Shown here in pieces: positions 18,246 through 27,692 of a stretch of 64,000 bases of DNA (position 1 is its first letter; each line of letters begins with the position of its first letter). A model generated the notes under the pieces. That model saw only the letters and a list, made by a program, of their open reading frames with translations. It did no database searches and was not told the origin of the DNA. The DNA comes from Candidatus Latescibacterota bacterium (GTDB taxonomy: Bacteria; Latescibacterota; UBA2968; GCA-2709665). The position numbers and the translations under genes are program-made. The stretch lies in contig OZ252100.1 in the NCBI GenBank assembly GCA_965248435.1, forward strand, positions 3,712,001-3,776,000. The letters are read 5' to 3'.

Positions 18246-18672
18246 CGTGATCGAAATCAAAGGCAAGTGCGTGGTGAAAGGGCGGGCTGAGGGGACGGCA
18301 CTCGTGGCAGACACGACCCTCTCCTTCTGGGGCGAAGTGGATGCGGTCACCGGGAAGGTGATCGGCTCGGGGCATCCCCTGGAAGGCGAATCGCTCAGGG
18401 ATCGGGTGCTCGTGATCCGCTCGACCAAGGGATCATCCGGGACGCCGTTGACGCTGAACCTGGCCCGGCTGGAGGGCAACGCCCCGGCAGCGTTCGTGAA
18501 CGTGGAAGTGGACGGCCTGGCCGCCCTCGGGTGCATCGTGAACGGCATCCCGATGATGACGGACCTGGAGCAAGACCCGTTTTCGGCCATCGCGACTGGG
18601 GACAGGGTGGAGGTGGACGCGGACCAGGGCGTGGTCCGTGTCACGCGGAGAAAGGAAGACGATAACGCCTAA
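18238..18672 (+). CDS. Aconitase X swivel (small) subunit, DUF126
   Basis: LSFWGEVD..TG, HPLEGES, TKGSSG; ATG overlaps upstream gene end. Confidence 0.9.
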   Translation: MTDVIEIKGKCVVKGRAEGTALVADTTLSFWGEVDAVTGKVIGSGHPLEGESLRDRVLVIRSTKGSSGTPLTLNLARLEGNAPAAFVNVEVDGLAALGCIVNGIPMMTDLEQDPFSAIATGDRVEVDADQGVVRVTRRKEDDNA

Positions 18673-18775
18673 GCAGGGCTTGAGTCGGACTATGCTACGA
18701 TTATCGCTTGACAGTGAAGTCTAATTCCGTAGTACTGGAACCAGCATTTTCATTCGTCGGTCGCGAGGGTCTAAC

Positions 18776-20275
18776 GTGGCATCCAAGCAACCCAACATCC
18801 TTTTCGTTCTGAGCGACCAGCATAATGCGCGCTGCATGTCGTGCGCCGGGGAGCCCCTCCTCCAGACGCCCCACATGGATCGGCTCGCGCGGGAAGGTAT
18901 CCGATTCGCCCGGGCTTACGCCAACAGTGCGCACTGCGGCCCCTCGCGCATCTCCTACTTGACCGGGATCTACGAACACTGGCATCGTCGGCACGGCAAC
19001 AGCGATGAGCCACCCGATCACCTGAATCCGATCACCGGCACACTGCGGCAGGCGGGATACGAAACGGCCCTCATCGGAAAGGGACATATCGGCGTCCACT
19101 GGCCCCGGCGCGAGTTCGACACTACATGTTTCAGCACGAACACCGATGCCCTGCCCTATGACCCGCTGACGTGCGACTATTTCCGAAGCCTGGTCGACGC
19201 CGGCGTGGCAGACGATCACGACAATACGAACAAATGGAAGCAGCACCCGGACTGTGCGGTCACTTCACCCCTGCCCCTGGAACACTCGATGGAGGTCTGG
19301 TGCGGAGACGAGGCGGTGAACTACCTCCGCGATCGAGACAAGGGAAAGCCGTTCTTCGCCTACGTCTGCTTCGAACGGCCTCACGATCCGCTCACGGTGC
19401 CCGAGCCCTACGACCGCCTTTACGATCCGGATCAGGTGACCGTACCTGCGAATGCAGATGACCCGTTCGAAGGCAAATCAGAACGTCAGCAGCGGTCCAT
19501 GCGCGGAGAGCTTTGGTACCCCTATCGACCGAGGGACGAGGCGCACCTGAAACAGTGCATTGCCTACTACTATGCACTCGTCACCCTGATCGACGAACAG
19601 ATCGGGCGAATGCTGGCGGAGTTGGAGGCCCAGGGTATCCTGGAAGATACGATCGTCATCTACGCCTCCGACCACGGAGACTTCGCTGGTGAGCACGGAC
19701 TGATCTGGAAGAACCTCGGGTTTTACGAATGCATTCACAAAGTTCCGCTGATCATTCGGTACCCGAACGCGCTACCCTCTGGAGAGGTGTTCGACAGATT
19801 CGTGGAGTCGGTCGATCTGTATCCCACCCTGACGGACCTTTTGGGTCTCGCGACACCGAACACGGTCCAGGGGCGGAGCCTCGTACCAGCCGTTACGGGC
19901 AAGGAGGATTGGAACAAACGGGCCGTTTTGTGTGAGCACGTGAAAGGGTATCATCACATGTCGATGCGGACGGAGGACTTCCGCATCACGTTCGACCTGA
20001 CCGGGGATGAGAGCGAGATCTACGATCACCGGACGGATCCCGGAGAGATTCACAACAGGTGGGATGATCCCGATTACCGCGAGATCCGGGAGGCTCTGCT
20101 GATGGACCTAATTCGCTACCGATCTTGTCCCCCGCTCCTTCACGGGTCGCTCCCGGAGGGTGTGAGGTTCGCCTCCGTGCCGGGTTATCACCACGAGACC
20201 TTCTCTCAGGAGATCCGGGACATCGGACAGGGTATCCCGTGGTCGGAAATAGTCGAGAGACGAGAGTCAAAATAG
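18776..20275 (+). CDS. Cys-type sulfatase
   Basis: PNILFVLSDQH, CGPSRxSYLTG, GKGH, SDHG; no signal peptide. Confidence 0.93.
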   Translation: MASKQPNILFVLSDQHNARCMSCAGEPLLQTPHMDRLAREGIRFARAYANSAHCGPSRISYLTGIYEHWHRRHGNSDEPPDHLNPITGTLRQAGYETALIGKGHIGVHWPRREFDTTCFSTNTDALPYDPLTCDYFRSLVDAGVADDHDNTNKWKQHPDCAVTSPLPLEHSMEVWCGDEAVNYLRDRDKGKPFFAYVCFERPHDPLTVPEPYDRLYDPDQVTVPANADDPFEGKSERQQRSMRGELWYPYRPRDEAHLKQCIAYYYALVTLIDEQIGRMLAELEAQGILEDTIVIYASDHGDFAGEHGLIWKNLGFYECIHKVPLIIRYPNALPSGEVFDRFVESVDLYPTLTDLLGLATPNTVQGRSLVPAVTGKEDWNKRAVLCEHVKGYHHMSMRTEDFRITFDLTGDESEIYDHRTDPGEIHNRWDDPDYREIREALLMDLIRYRSCPPLLHGSLPEGVRFASVPGYHHETFSQEIRDIGQGIPWSEIVERRESK

Positions 20276-20294
20276 GGATGGGGAAGAAAAGCGC

Positions 20295-20377
20295 GAGTGT
20301 TGGGGGAATGGAGTGTTGGAGTAATGGAGAGGCAGGTTTTGCAATACTCCAACACTCCAGTACGGCATTACTCCAGA
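20295..20377. repeat. Octamer array GGAGT(G/A)(T/A)T with inverted partner array
   Basis: ggagtgttggagtaatgg ... tactccaacactcca ... cattactcca. Confidence 0.7.
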
Positions 20378-20446
20378 ATCTCTGAAAGAACCAGCTAGTT
20401 GATGACGCGATCCTCTGGACTATCTTAAAGAAGGGAGAAGTAAAGA

Positions 20447-21157
20447 ATGCTATTGAAGCGGTCTGAAATCGAGCGTTCCGTTGAGACGGCTATTCAGGTC
20501 TTTCAGCATTTCGGGTTTCACCTGCCGCCGTTCGCATTCTGGACCGTGGAGGACTGGCGGAAGAAGGGTCCCGAAGCCGACGAGATCCGAGACTGCATGC
20601 TGGGATGGGATGTCACGGATTTCGGGAGCGGACGCTTCAAGGAGATCGGGCGCACGCTGCTGACGCTTCGAAACGGATCCGCAAAAGACGCGAAGTACTC
20701 GAAGACGTACGCGGAGAAGCTTATTTTGGATCCCGAGAACCAGCGCGCCCCGGCGCACTTCCACCTTTCGAAGCGGGAGGATATCATCAACCGGGGCGGT
20801 GGCAACATCCTCGTGGAGGTCTGCAGGGCAACGGAGGACGGGAAGCGATCGGATGAGGCCTTTACGTTGCAGGTGGACGGGCAGACCGTAGAGCTGAATC
20901 CTGGAGATCCGGTTAGTCTGGGGCCTGGCCAAAGCGTCTGCCTTCCTGCGCGGACGATCCACCAGTTCTGGGGTGAGGAAGGCACCGGTCTCGAGATCGA
21001 CGGCGTCCAATACACGGTGAGCGGTGAGGTCAGCAGCGTCTGCGATGACCTGGAAGACAACTTCTTCCTGGACCCGATGACCCGCTTCCCGGAGCTGGAC
21101 GAGGACGTGCCGCGGACTCGCTACCTGTGCAACGAATATCCGTCGGCATCCGGTTGA
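20447..21157 (+). CDS. D-lyxose/D-mannose isomerase family cupin (DUF1498)
   Basis: LGWDVTDFG, TLRNG, YAEK, PAHFH, KREDIINRGGG, GEVS. Confidence 0.9.
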   Translation: MLLKRSEIERSVETAIQVFQHFGFHLPPFAFWTVEDWRKKGPEADEIRDCMLGWDVTDFGSGRFKEIGRTLLTLRNGSAKDAKYSKTYAEKLILDPENQRAPAHFHLSKREDIINRGGGNILVEVCRATEDGKRSDEAFTLQVDGQTVELNPGDPVSLGPGQSVCLPARTIHQFWGEEGTGLEIDGVQYTVSGEVSSVCDDLEDNFFLDPMTRFPELDEDVPRTRYLCNEYPSASG

Positions 21158-21341
21158 ACACAGATCTGAAAACACATGCTTTACGGATTCATCCAGGGGT
21201 GGCGCTTGCGCCGCCCCTGTGCTTTGGAATCGAGGCTATCAGGGAGTGGAAAATGATTCAAGATCAGCGTCACATCGCGGACCTGAATCCCAGTCGGAGA
21301 GATGAGCGTCGGTGTTGGCCACGGATGGGAGATCGCAGGAT

Positions 21342-22466
21342 ATGCTTACGATCGTGGATAAAGGTGATATAGATAAACAGGGCGGGCGTGGTGCCTATAT
21401 GCCGGTTATCACGCCTCTGCAGGACGGGAGTTTCATCGCTTGCCAGCACGTGGGATCCAACCTATCGGCCCCCGACAATCATATCGACGTCCTGCGCTCG
21501 GCCGACGGCGGCAAGAGCTGGGCGAACGAGGGCAGCATCCACGGTGGGAAACCTCCCGAAGATGGGAAGTCTTACCGGGGACCGAGAATCAGCGTCGTGC
21601 CGGATGGCCGGCTTGTGATGGCTGCGACCCGGTTTGAAGCCGGCGAGGGGACGCTCTTCGATCCGGAGTCGGAAGCCCAGCAGCGCCCGGAGATGCTGCT
21701 CCTCTGGTCGGAGGATCTGGGTCGAACGTGGTCGGAGCCGCAGGTCGTTCCGGTGGACCTGCCACCAGAGAAATACACCTGGAACGGCGCCGGTTCCCTT
21801 CTGCAGCTCGCGCCAGATCGGTGGATGTATCCGCTGGAGACGTGGAAACCGGTGGGGTATGAAGGGCCACCGGATCAGAAGGCCGCAGCCGTTTTTTCCG
21901 CGGATCGGGGAGAGACCTGGGGAGAGCTGACCGTAGTGGCGGACGATCCGACGGGGAGTCTGCTCTGGTGGGACCAGATGTGCACCCTCCTACCGGATGG
22001 AAGGATCTACACCTTGTTGTGGACCCATAAGTACGGCACCCCCGAGGATCTGCCCAATCACTGGGTGGTTTCCGAGGATGGGGGACGCAAGTGGTCCGAG
22101 CCCCGGCCGACCAATCTTCGGGGTCAGGTCTGCGCGCCCATTGCTTTGCCGGACGGCCGGGTAGTGGCGATCTACAACTTCCGGCACGAACCTCAAGGCA
22201 TCCACGTGGCCGTGACGGAGGACCTCGAGCGGTTCGACGTGGAACACGAGGTCGTGGTGTTCGACGCGGGCTCGGAAGCGACCCTGGGGGCACCCGAGGC
22301 CGACACCTTTATTGCCGGGCATCTGAAGATCGGGTTCGGCAAACCGGGCGGCGTGCGCCTTCCTGATGGTCAACTGTTGACCTATTTCTGGTGCACGACA
22401 GGGGGCATCACTCACACCCGCTGGGTCAGGCTGATGGTGGAAGAAGGAGGATCCGCCCATGAATAG
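21342..22466 (+). CDS. Sialidase-like (BNR/Asp-box) protein
   Basis: Four Asp-boxes: SADGGKSW, SEDLGRTW, SADRGETW, SEDGGRKW. Confidence 0.85.
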   Translation: MLTIVDKGDIDKQGGRGAYMPVITPLQDGSFIACQHVGSNLSAPDNHIDVLRSADGGKSWANEGSIHGGKPPEDGKSYRGPRISVVPDGRLVMAATRFEAGEGTLFDPESEAQQRPEMLLLWSEDLGRTWSEPQVVPVDLPPEKYTWNGAGSLLQLAPDRWMYPLETWKPVGYEGPPDQKAAAVFSADRGETWGELTVVADDPTGSLLWWDQMCTLLPDGRIYTLLWTHKYGTPEDLPNHWVVSEDGGRKWSEPRPTNLRGQVCAPIALPDGRVVAIYNFRHEPQGIHVAVTEDLERFDVEHEVVVFDAGSEATLGAPEADTFIAGHLKIGFGKPGGVRLPDGQLLTYFWCTTGGITHTRWVRLMVEEGGSAHE

Positions 22467-23298
22467 CGGGCGACCTTTCGAGTTTCGATACGTCCTCGCA
22501 TCTTCTCTGTATGGGACCACCCCACTTGCGCAGATACTCCCGGAGGTGTCGAAGTCTGGCGCGAAGCATCTTGACATCTGGCCACGCATTCATGGAGATC
22601 AGCGCGAGCAGGTCGAAGATATGGGCCACGATGCATTCTCGGACCTGCTGAATGAACAGGGCGTCAAGCTTGGTGTTTCGACCCGGTTTGACCTGGGTCC
22701 CTTCGGTCTTTTACCCGAGATCCGGTTTGCGAATGCGTTCGATGCCGACCTTGTCGTCTGCGGCAGCGGAGGACTGGCAGACCTGGAGGGGGATGACCTG
22801 AGGGATGCTGTGAGGCAATTTGTAGAGCGCCAGCAGCCTCAACTGGAACTGGCTGAGGAACTGGGCGTCCGGATCGGGATCGAAAACCACGCCAACTGGA
22901 TCATCTACTCGCCCGATTCGATGAAGTGGCTGGCCGAGTTCGCGGGGTCGAAGCCCCTGGGCATCGCCCTCGCGCCCTACCACCTGCCGGACGATCCCGA
23001 ACAGATCGCGCAGCTTATACGGGATCTTGGAGAAAAGCTGTTTCTGTTCTATGCCTGGCAGCACGGGAAAGGGAGTCACGGCGAGCTGAATCCGGAGGAG
23101 ATTTTCCTGCAGATGCCGGGACGGGGGCCGCTCGATTTCGCCCCGATCGTCTCGGCCTTGGTAGAGATCGAATATTCTGGCTGGACGGAGATCTTCATGC
23201 ATCCCGCTCCGCGCGGGATCTCGATTTGCGAACCGATCGAGGAGGTGGCAGTCGAGGTCAACCGAGGGATTCAATATCTCGAGTCGTGCCTGGGTTGA
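22459..23298 (+). CDS. Sugar phosphate isomerase/epimerase family protein
   Basis: GIENH, MPGRGPLDF, YSGWTEIFMHP. Confidence 0.8.
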   Translation: MNSGRPFEFRYVLASSLYGTTPLAQILPEVSKSGAKHLDIWPRIHGDQREQVEDMGHDAFSDLLNEQGVKLGVSTRFDLGPFGLLPEIRFANAFDADLVVCGSGGLADLEGDDLRDAVRQFVERQQPQLELAEELGVRIGIENHANWIIYSPDSMKWLAEFAGSKPLGIALAPYHLPDDPEQIAQLIRDLGEKLFLFYAWQHGKGSHGELNPEEIFLQMPGRGPLDFAPIVSALVEIEYSGWTEIFMHPAPRGISICEPIEEVAVEVNRGIQYLESCLG

Positions 23299-23476
23299 AA
23301 CCGTGAATCGTGGATGGTGCGTCGTGTCCTTTCGGACACGACAGGATCGTCGTTCGACGGTTTTCCGAGTTGGAATCCGGTTGACTTTTTTGCCAGCTTG
23401 ATGCATCAATACTATCTCCTAAACCGTCGAGAAGGACTCGATCGCCATTTGAACCCGAACACAGAGGAGCTACAGC

Positions 23477-24211
23477 ATGAACTGGGTGAATGAGAGAGAA
23501 GACGGGACCGCCAATTACACGCTGGTCTCAGACAACCTATCCCGGTATTCTTCCGAGGCGAACGCAGACAAGATGGGCGAGGTACAGGAGGTGGAGGTGT
23601 TCGAGACGGAACATCACGTCTACACGTTTCCGTTTCATTACAAGAATGTGGAGGTTGTAAACTGGCTGGAATACAACCATAAGGGAATGGAGATCGAGGG
23701 AGAGACCGGGTCCATCACGATCGAGGAAGAGAAACCGATCGTTTCGGTCACGACCGTGGGTTCAGGATGCTCTGGAAGCAACTACAACACGGTGGAGTGG
23801 TGGGGTCCTGGAGAAAGCCTAAAGACAGTGAGAAGGACCGACGCGGGGCAGTTGATCAAGAGGCAGAGGGCAGACAACATGCAGGGGCAGCACAATGCCT
23901 TCGTCCAGAGTGCGATGACTCAGCAAATACCGGATTTCGAGACGGTGGAAGACGCACAAAACCATATCAAAAGAATGCAGGATATCTTCTACAACATGAC
24001 AGGTGGGTGCAACGTGCCGGGCAGTTTCATAAGCGGGCTCTACGAAAACACCGCCACCTTCAGGATCGGAGACACGACACGTCCAGAGCACACCGCGTAT
24101 AAGGTGGTGATTCGCGGCGGAGGTTTGGACTACGAAGATCCGGGGACCCATATCGCGCGCTATCCGGCAGATTATGCGTTCAGGATGATCGATCTTACTG
24201 TGAAGAAATAG
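23477..24211 (+). CDS. Hypothetical protein, paralogue of 11218..11940
   Basis: GAGGAG RBS; shared motifs with paralogue. Confidence 0.8.
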   Translation: MNWVNEREDGTANYTLVSDNLSRYSSEANADKMGEVQEVEVFETEHHVYTFPFHYKNVEVVNWLEYNHKGMEIEGETGSITIEEEKPIVSVTTVGSGCSGSNYNTVEWWGPGESLKTVRRTDAGQLIKRQRADNMQGQHNAFVQSAMTQQIPDFETVEDAQNHIKRMQDIFYNMTGGCNVPGSFISGLYENTATFRIGDTTRPEHTAYKVVIRGGGLDYEDPGTHIARYPADYAFRMIDLTVKK

Positions 24212-24236
24212 GAGCAGCGGGATGTGAGTGCGTCAG

Positions 24237-24275
24237 GAAGACGCCCGGGGGCAAGGTCGCTTCCGGCGTCTTTCT
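24237..24275 (+). terminator. Possible intrinsic terminator
   Basis: gaagacgcc...ggcgtcttt stem with weak T tail. Confidence 0.4.
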
Positions 24276-24389
24276 GATGATGACCTTAGACATAACCCCC
24301 AGCCCCCTTCCGTGGGTCGTGGATCGTGAATTGTGGATCGTCAAAGAGATTGCGGATTGAACGATATGATTCATCGCACTCTCATGGCC

Positions 24390-24414
24390 GTAGAGACGCC
24401 CCGTTGGGGCGTCT
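24390..24414 (+). repeat. GTAG-type REP palindrome (family shared with 48162..48190)
   Basis: gtagagacgccccgttggggcgtct. Confidence 0.75.
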
Positions 24415-24463
24415 TGAACTCGGAGACCGGATTGAGCGTTGAATTTTGCGATAAGGGATACAA

Positions 24464-25378
24464 ATGAAGATCAGAGGCGTTCTGCCCGCGCTTATCACGC
24501 CGTTTCGGGAAGACGGCGCGGTTGATGAAGAGAGGCTGCGGAAGTTTGTGAAGTTTCTTACGCCGCAGGTCCACGGCCTCTATCCGTGCGGGTCCTACGG
24601 TTCTGGGCCGCTGATGACGGAGGAGGAGCGGAAACGGGTCCTAGAGATCATCGTAGAGGAGGTGGACGGGCGGATTCCGGTGGTGGTGCACGTCGGCACA
24701 GCGGATACACCCTCGACCCTGCGTCTCGCCCATCATGCGGAGGATCTCGGCGTCGCCGCAGTGGCCTGCCTTACGCCTTACTACTATCTGCATGGCTTTA
24801 GAAACGTCATCGCGCACTTCAAGGCCGTTCTCGCTGAGATATCGACGCCGGTCTTCCTGTATCACAACCCCAAGTACACCAACCTGACGTCGTTGACTGC
24901 CGATCACGTCGCGGAATTGGCAGAGATGGGGGTGCGCGGACTGAAAGACAGCAGCGCGAACCTGGGGTTCTTCTACGACTGCGCGGCCAAGATCGACCGG
25001 GCCGATTTCACTCTGCTGATCGGCTCGCAGACGGCCCTGCTGCCGGCGCTCGTGGGCGGGGGTCACGGCTGCGTGTCCGGGCTCTCGAATCTGTTTCCTG
25101 GTCTGGTGAACCGGATCTACGACCTGGCGAACGCAGGAGATTACGGAGCCGCGCTGGAGCTGCAGAGGAAAGCGAACGCACTGCGAAAGCTGACGGGAGA
25201 GGGGATTCCAGTACCGTTCTATCACGAAGCGCTCAAGTACCGGGAGATCGATCTGGGTGTGCCGCGCCTGCCGCATCTTCCTTTCAACGAGGCCGACAGA
25301 AAACGGATTGTGGAACCGATGAAAGAGGCCCTCGAGCTGGAAGCGCGTTTGAGCCAAAACCATGAGACATCCGATTGA
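24464..25378 (+). CDS. Dihydrodipicolinate synthase / N-acetylneuraminate lyase family aldolase
   Basis: PALITPF, CGSYG, LYHNP, GLKDSS. Confidence 0.9.
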   Translation: MKIRGVLPALITPFREDGAVDEERLRKFVKFLTPQVHGLYPCGSYGSGPLMTEEERKRVLEIIVEEVDGRIPVVVHVGTADTPSTLRLAHHAEDLGVAAVACLTPYYYLHGFRNVIAHFKAVLAEISTPVFLYHNPKYTNLTSLTADHVAELAEMGVRGLKDSSANLGFFYDCAAKIDRADFTLLIGSQTALLPALVGGGHGCVSGLSNLFPGLVNRIYDLANAGDYGAALELQRKANALRKLTGEGIPVPFYHEALKYREIDLGVPRLPHLPFNEADRKRIVEPMKEALELEARLSQNHETSD

Positions 25379-25526
25379 AGATCACCGATATCCAGACCGC
25401 GTTCTTGAAGGGTTTCGCGGAGACTGGATCGTGGTCAAGCTCCTGACCCGTGGGTTGGGCGTTGAACTCGACGAGGATGCAGCAAGGCGATACTTGAGAG
25501 AGGGAGAAACGCTGTTCGGGATCTGA
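25375..25526 (+). pseudogene. Internally deleted enolase-superfamily (mandelate racemase-like) gene remnant
   Basis: MKITDIQTAFLKGF, frameshift, GDWIVVKLLT fused to GLGVELDEDAARRYL. Confidence 0.65.
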
Positions 25527-25568
25527 TGGATCGCGTTGCAGAGACCGTTTCACTGAAGGAGTGAGCCG

Positions 25569-26528
25569 ATGCAAGGCCCAATCGCGAGTCGCGTTACCGA
25601 CGTTATCGGTCGTACCCCGATCGTGCGGCTGGACCGCCTGTCGCCTTCGCGTGGGGCGACGATTCTGGGGAAGATGGAGTACCTGAATCCGGGAGGCAGC
25701 GTGAAGGATCGGATTGCGCTGAGCATGATCGAAGATGCCGAACAGTCGGGACGGTTGAAGCCGGGGATGACGATCGTGGAGGCGACGAGTGGAAATACAG
25801 GTATCGGACTGGCGATGCTGTGCGCCAAGCTGGGCTACAGGCTGGTTCTGACCATGCCGGAGACGATGAGTTTCGAGCGGCGGGCTTTGGTTACCCGCTA
25901 CGGCGCTGAAGTGATCATCACTGAGGGCTCGGGTGACATGGAGGGGTCCAGACAGCGAGCGCGGGAGGTCGTCGAGAAGAATCCGGACTGCATCGAGTTG
26001 AAGCAGTTCGACAACCCGGCGAACCCTGAAGTACACAGACGGACGACCGGCCCGGAGATCCTTGACGCGACATCGGGAAAGGTCACTGCGTTTGTCGCCG
26101 GAATCGGAACCGGAGGTACGGTCACGGGCGTAGGTGAGGTGTTGAAGGCCGAACTGTCCGACGTTAAGGTCGTGGGCGTGGAGCCGGCGGGATCGGCTGT
26201 GTTGAGTGGCAAACCGGCTGGACCTCACATGATCGAAGGGATCGGCGCCGGGTTCGTGCCCTCCATCCTGAACCGGGATATCCTGGACGAAGTGATGACG
26301 GTCGGAGACCGCGAAGCCTTCGACATGTCAGAGGCGCTGGCCAGGGAAGAGGCCCTGCTCGTGGGGATTTCCTCCGGGGCAGCCGTCGCCGCCGCGCAGA
26401 AGGTGGCGGAGCGGTTGTCGACAGATGATGTTGTGGTGACCGTCCTGTGCGATACCGGTACGCGATACTTCAGCATCGAGGAGTACTTCCGAAAGGATCA
26501 GGTAAAGGACCAGAGCGCGTTGTTGTGA
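25569..26528 (+). CDS. cysK: Cysteine synthase A
   Basis: IGRTPIVRL, NPGGSVKDRIA, EATSGNTGIG, QFDNPAN, GIGTGGT. Confidence 0.93.
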   Translation: MQGPIASRVTDVIGRTPIVRLDRLSPSRGATILGKMEYLNPGGSVKDRIALSMIEDAEQSGRLKPGMTIVEATSGNTGIGLAMLCAKLGYRLVLTMPETMSFERRALVTRYGAEVIITEGSGDMEGSRQRAREVVEKNPDCIELKQFDNPANPEVHRRTTGPEILDATSGKVTAFVAGIGTGGTVTGVGEVLKAELSDVKVVGVEPAGSAVLSGKPAGPHMIEGIGAGFVPSILNRDILDEVMTVGDREAFDMSEALAREEALLVGISSGAAVAAAQKVAERLSTDDVVVTVLCDTGTRYFSIEEYFRKDQVKDQSALL

Positions 26529-26539
26529 GAGGGTGAGGG

Positions 26540-27682
26540 ATGGAGTTGAGCCGGAAAGAGCGGGCGTTCGAGTCCCGGTTTCGGAAGAAGCTGGCGGTTT
26601 GGCCCGTGCAGAGCATTTGGCCCGGGATTCTTCTGAGCGCGCTGTTGACCTTTCTTGCAGCGTTCCTTCACGTTTTGCCTTTCGCGCCGTTTACACTTTC
26701 CGATGGCCAGCATCCTGTCAGCGCCGTGTTACTGGCCTTGCTGTTGGGCGTGGCGGTTCGCAACCTGATCCCCGCTGCTTCACACTTGAAACCGGGCACG
26801 GACGCAATTGTGAAGACGTGGCTCCCGGTGGGCATCGTGCTTTTGGGGGCCAGGCTCGATTTCTACGTTCTTGTCGGCGTTGCAATTCAGGTGGCAGTGG
26901 GCGCAGCGCTGTTGATCGGGGTGATGATCGTGCTGACCCGTCTGCTGGCTCGCTGGTGTCGGGTTGGAGAACGGCTAGGTCTGCTGATCGGCGTGGGGAC
27001 CGCGATCTGCGGGAGTTCTGCGATCGTTGCGGTCGCGCCGGTGGTGGAGGCGAATGATGAGGAGATGGCCTACTCGATAGGCGTGATCAACCTGCTTGGC
27101 ATCGTCGCCATGCTTTTGTTTCCAGTGGCCGGCACGTTGTTTGGATTGGATGCGACGCTTTACGGGACCTGGTGCGGACTGGGGATCCACGCGACCCCTC
27201 AGGTGATTGCGGCCGGATTCGCACATACGGTCGACGGTCAAACCGCGGGAGAGATGGCCACGATCGTCAAACTGGTGAGGATCTCCCTCCTGGGGCCGGT
27301 GGTGTTCGGGATGGGCATCTGGTACGCCTACCACCAGAGGCGAAAGGCGGCCACCATCGGAGCACCGGTGAGGTATTCGAAGCTGGTTCCGGGTTTTGTG
27401 CTGCTGTTCCTGGGGATGGCCCTCCTGCGGACAGTGGGATTGCTGCCGGAAGTGACGTTTCATCTCAAAGCGCCGTTCCTTCTCGGGGAGGGGGATCGAA
27501 TCGTAGATCTGGCTCAACTGTTCAGTGATACGGGGAAGTGGGTGATTACGGCGGCGATGGCAGGGGTAGGGCTTTCTACGGAGTTCCGGGCCATGAAATC
27601 GGGAGGTATCAGGCCGTTGGTCCTGGGCGTGATGGCCGCGATCGGGATCGCGGTTCTCGCGTTGTTCGTGTCGAGTCTATAA
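26540..27682 (+). CDS. YeiH/UPF0324 putative sulfate exporter
   Basis: GTAICGSSAIVA, ATIVKLVR, AMAGVGL; many TM helices. Confidence 0.9.
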   Translation: MELSRKERAFESRFRKKLAVWPVQSIWPGILLSALLTFLAAFLHVLPFAPFTLSDGQHPVSAVLLALLLGVAVRNLIPAASHLKPGTDAIVKTWLPVGIVLLGARLDFYVLVGVAIQVAVGAALLIGVMIVLTRLLARWCRVGERLGLLIGVGTAICGSSAIVAVAPVVEANDEEMAYSIGVINLLGIVAMLLFPVAGTLFGLDATLYGTWCGLGIHATPQVIAAGFAHTVDGQTAGEMATIVKLVRISLLGPVVFGMGIWYAYHQRRKAATIGAPVRYSKLVPGFVLLFLGMALLRTVGLLPEVTFHLKAPFLLGEGDRIVDLAQLFSDTGKWVITAAMAGVGLSTEFRAMKSGGIRPLVLGVMAAIGIAVLALFVSSL

Positions 27683-27692
27683 AGGCGGAGTT

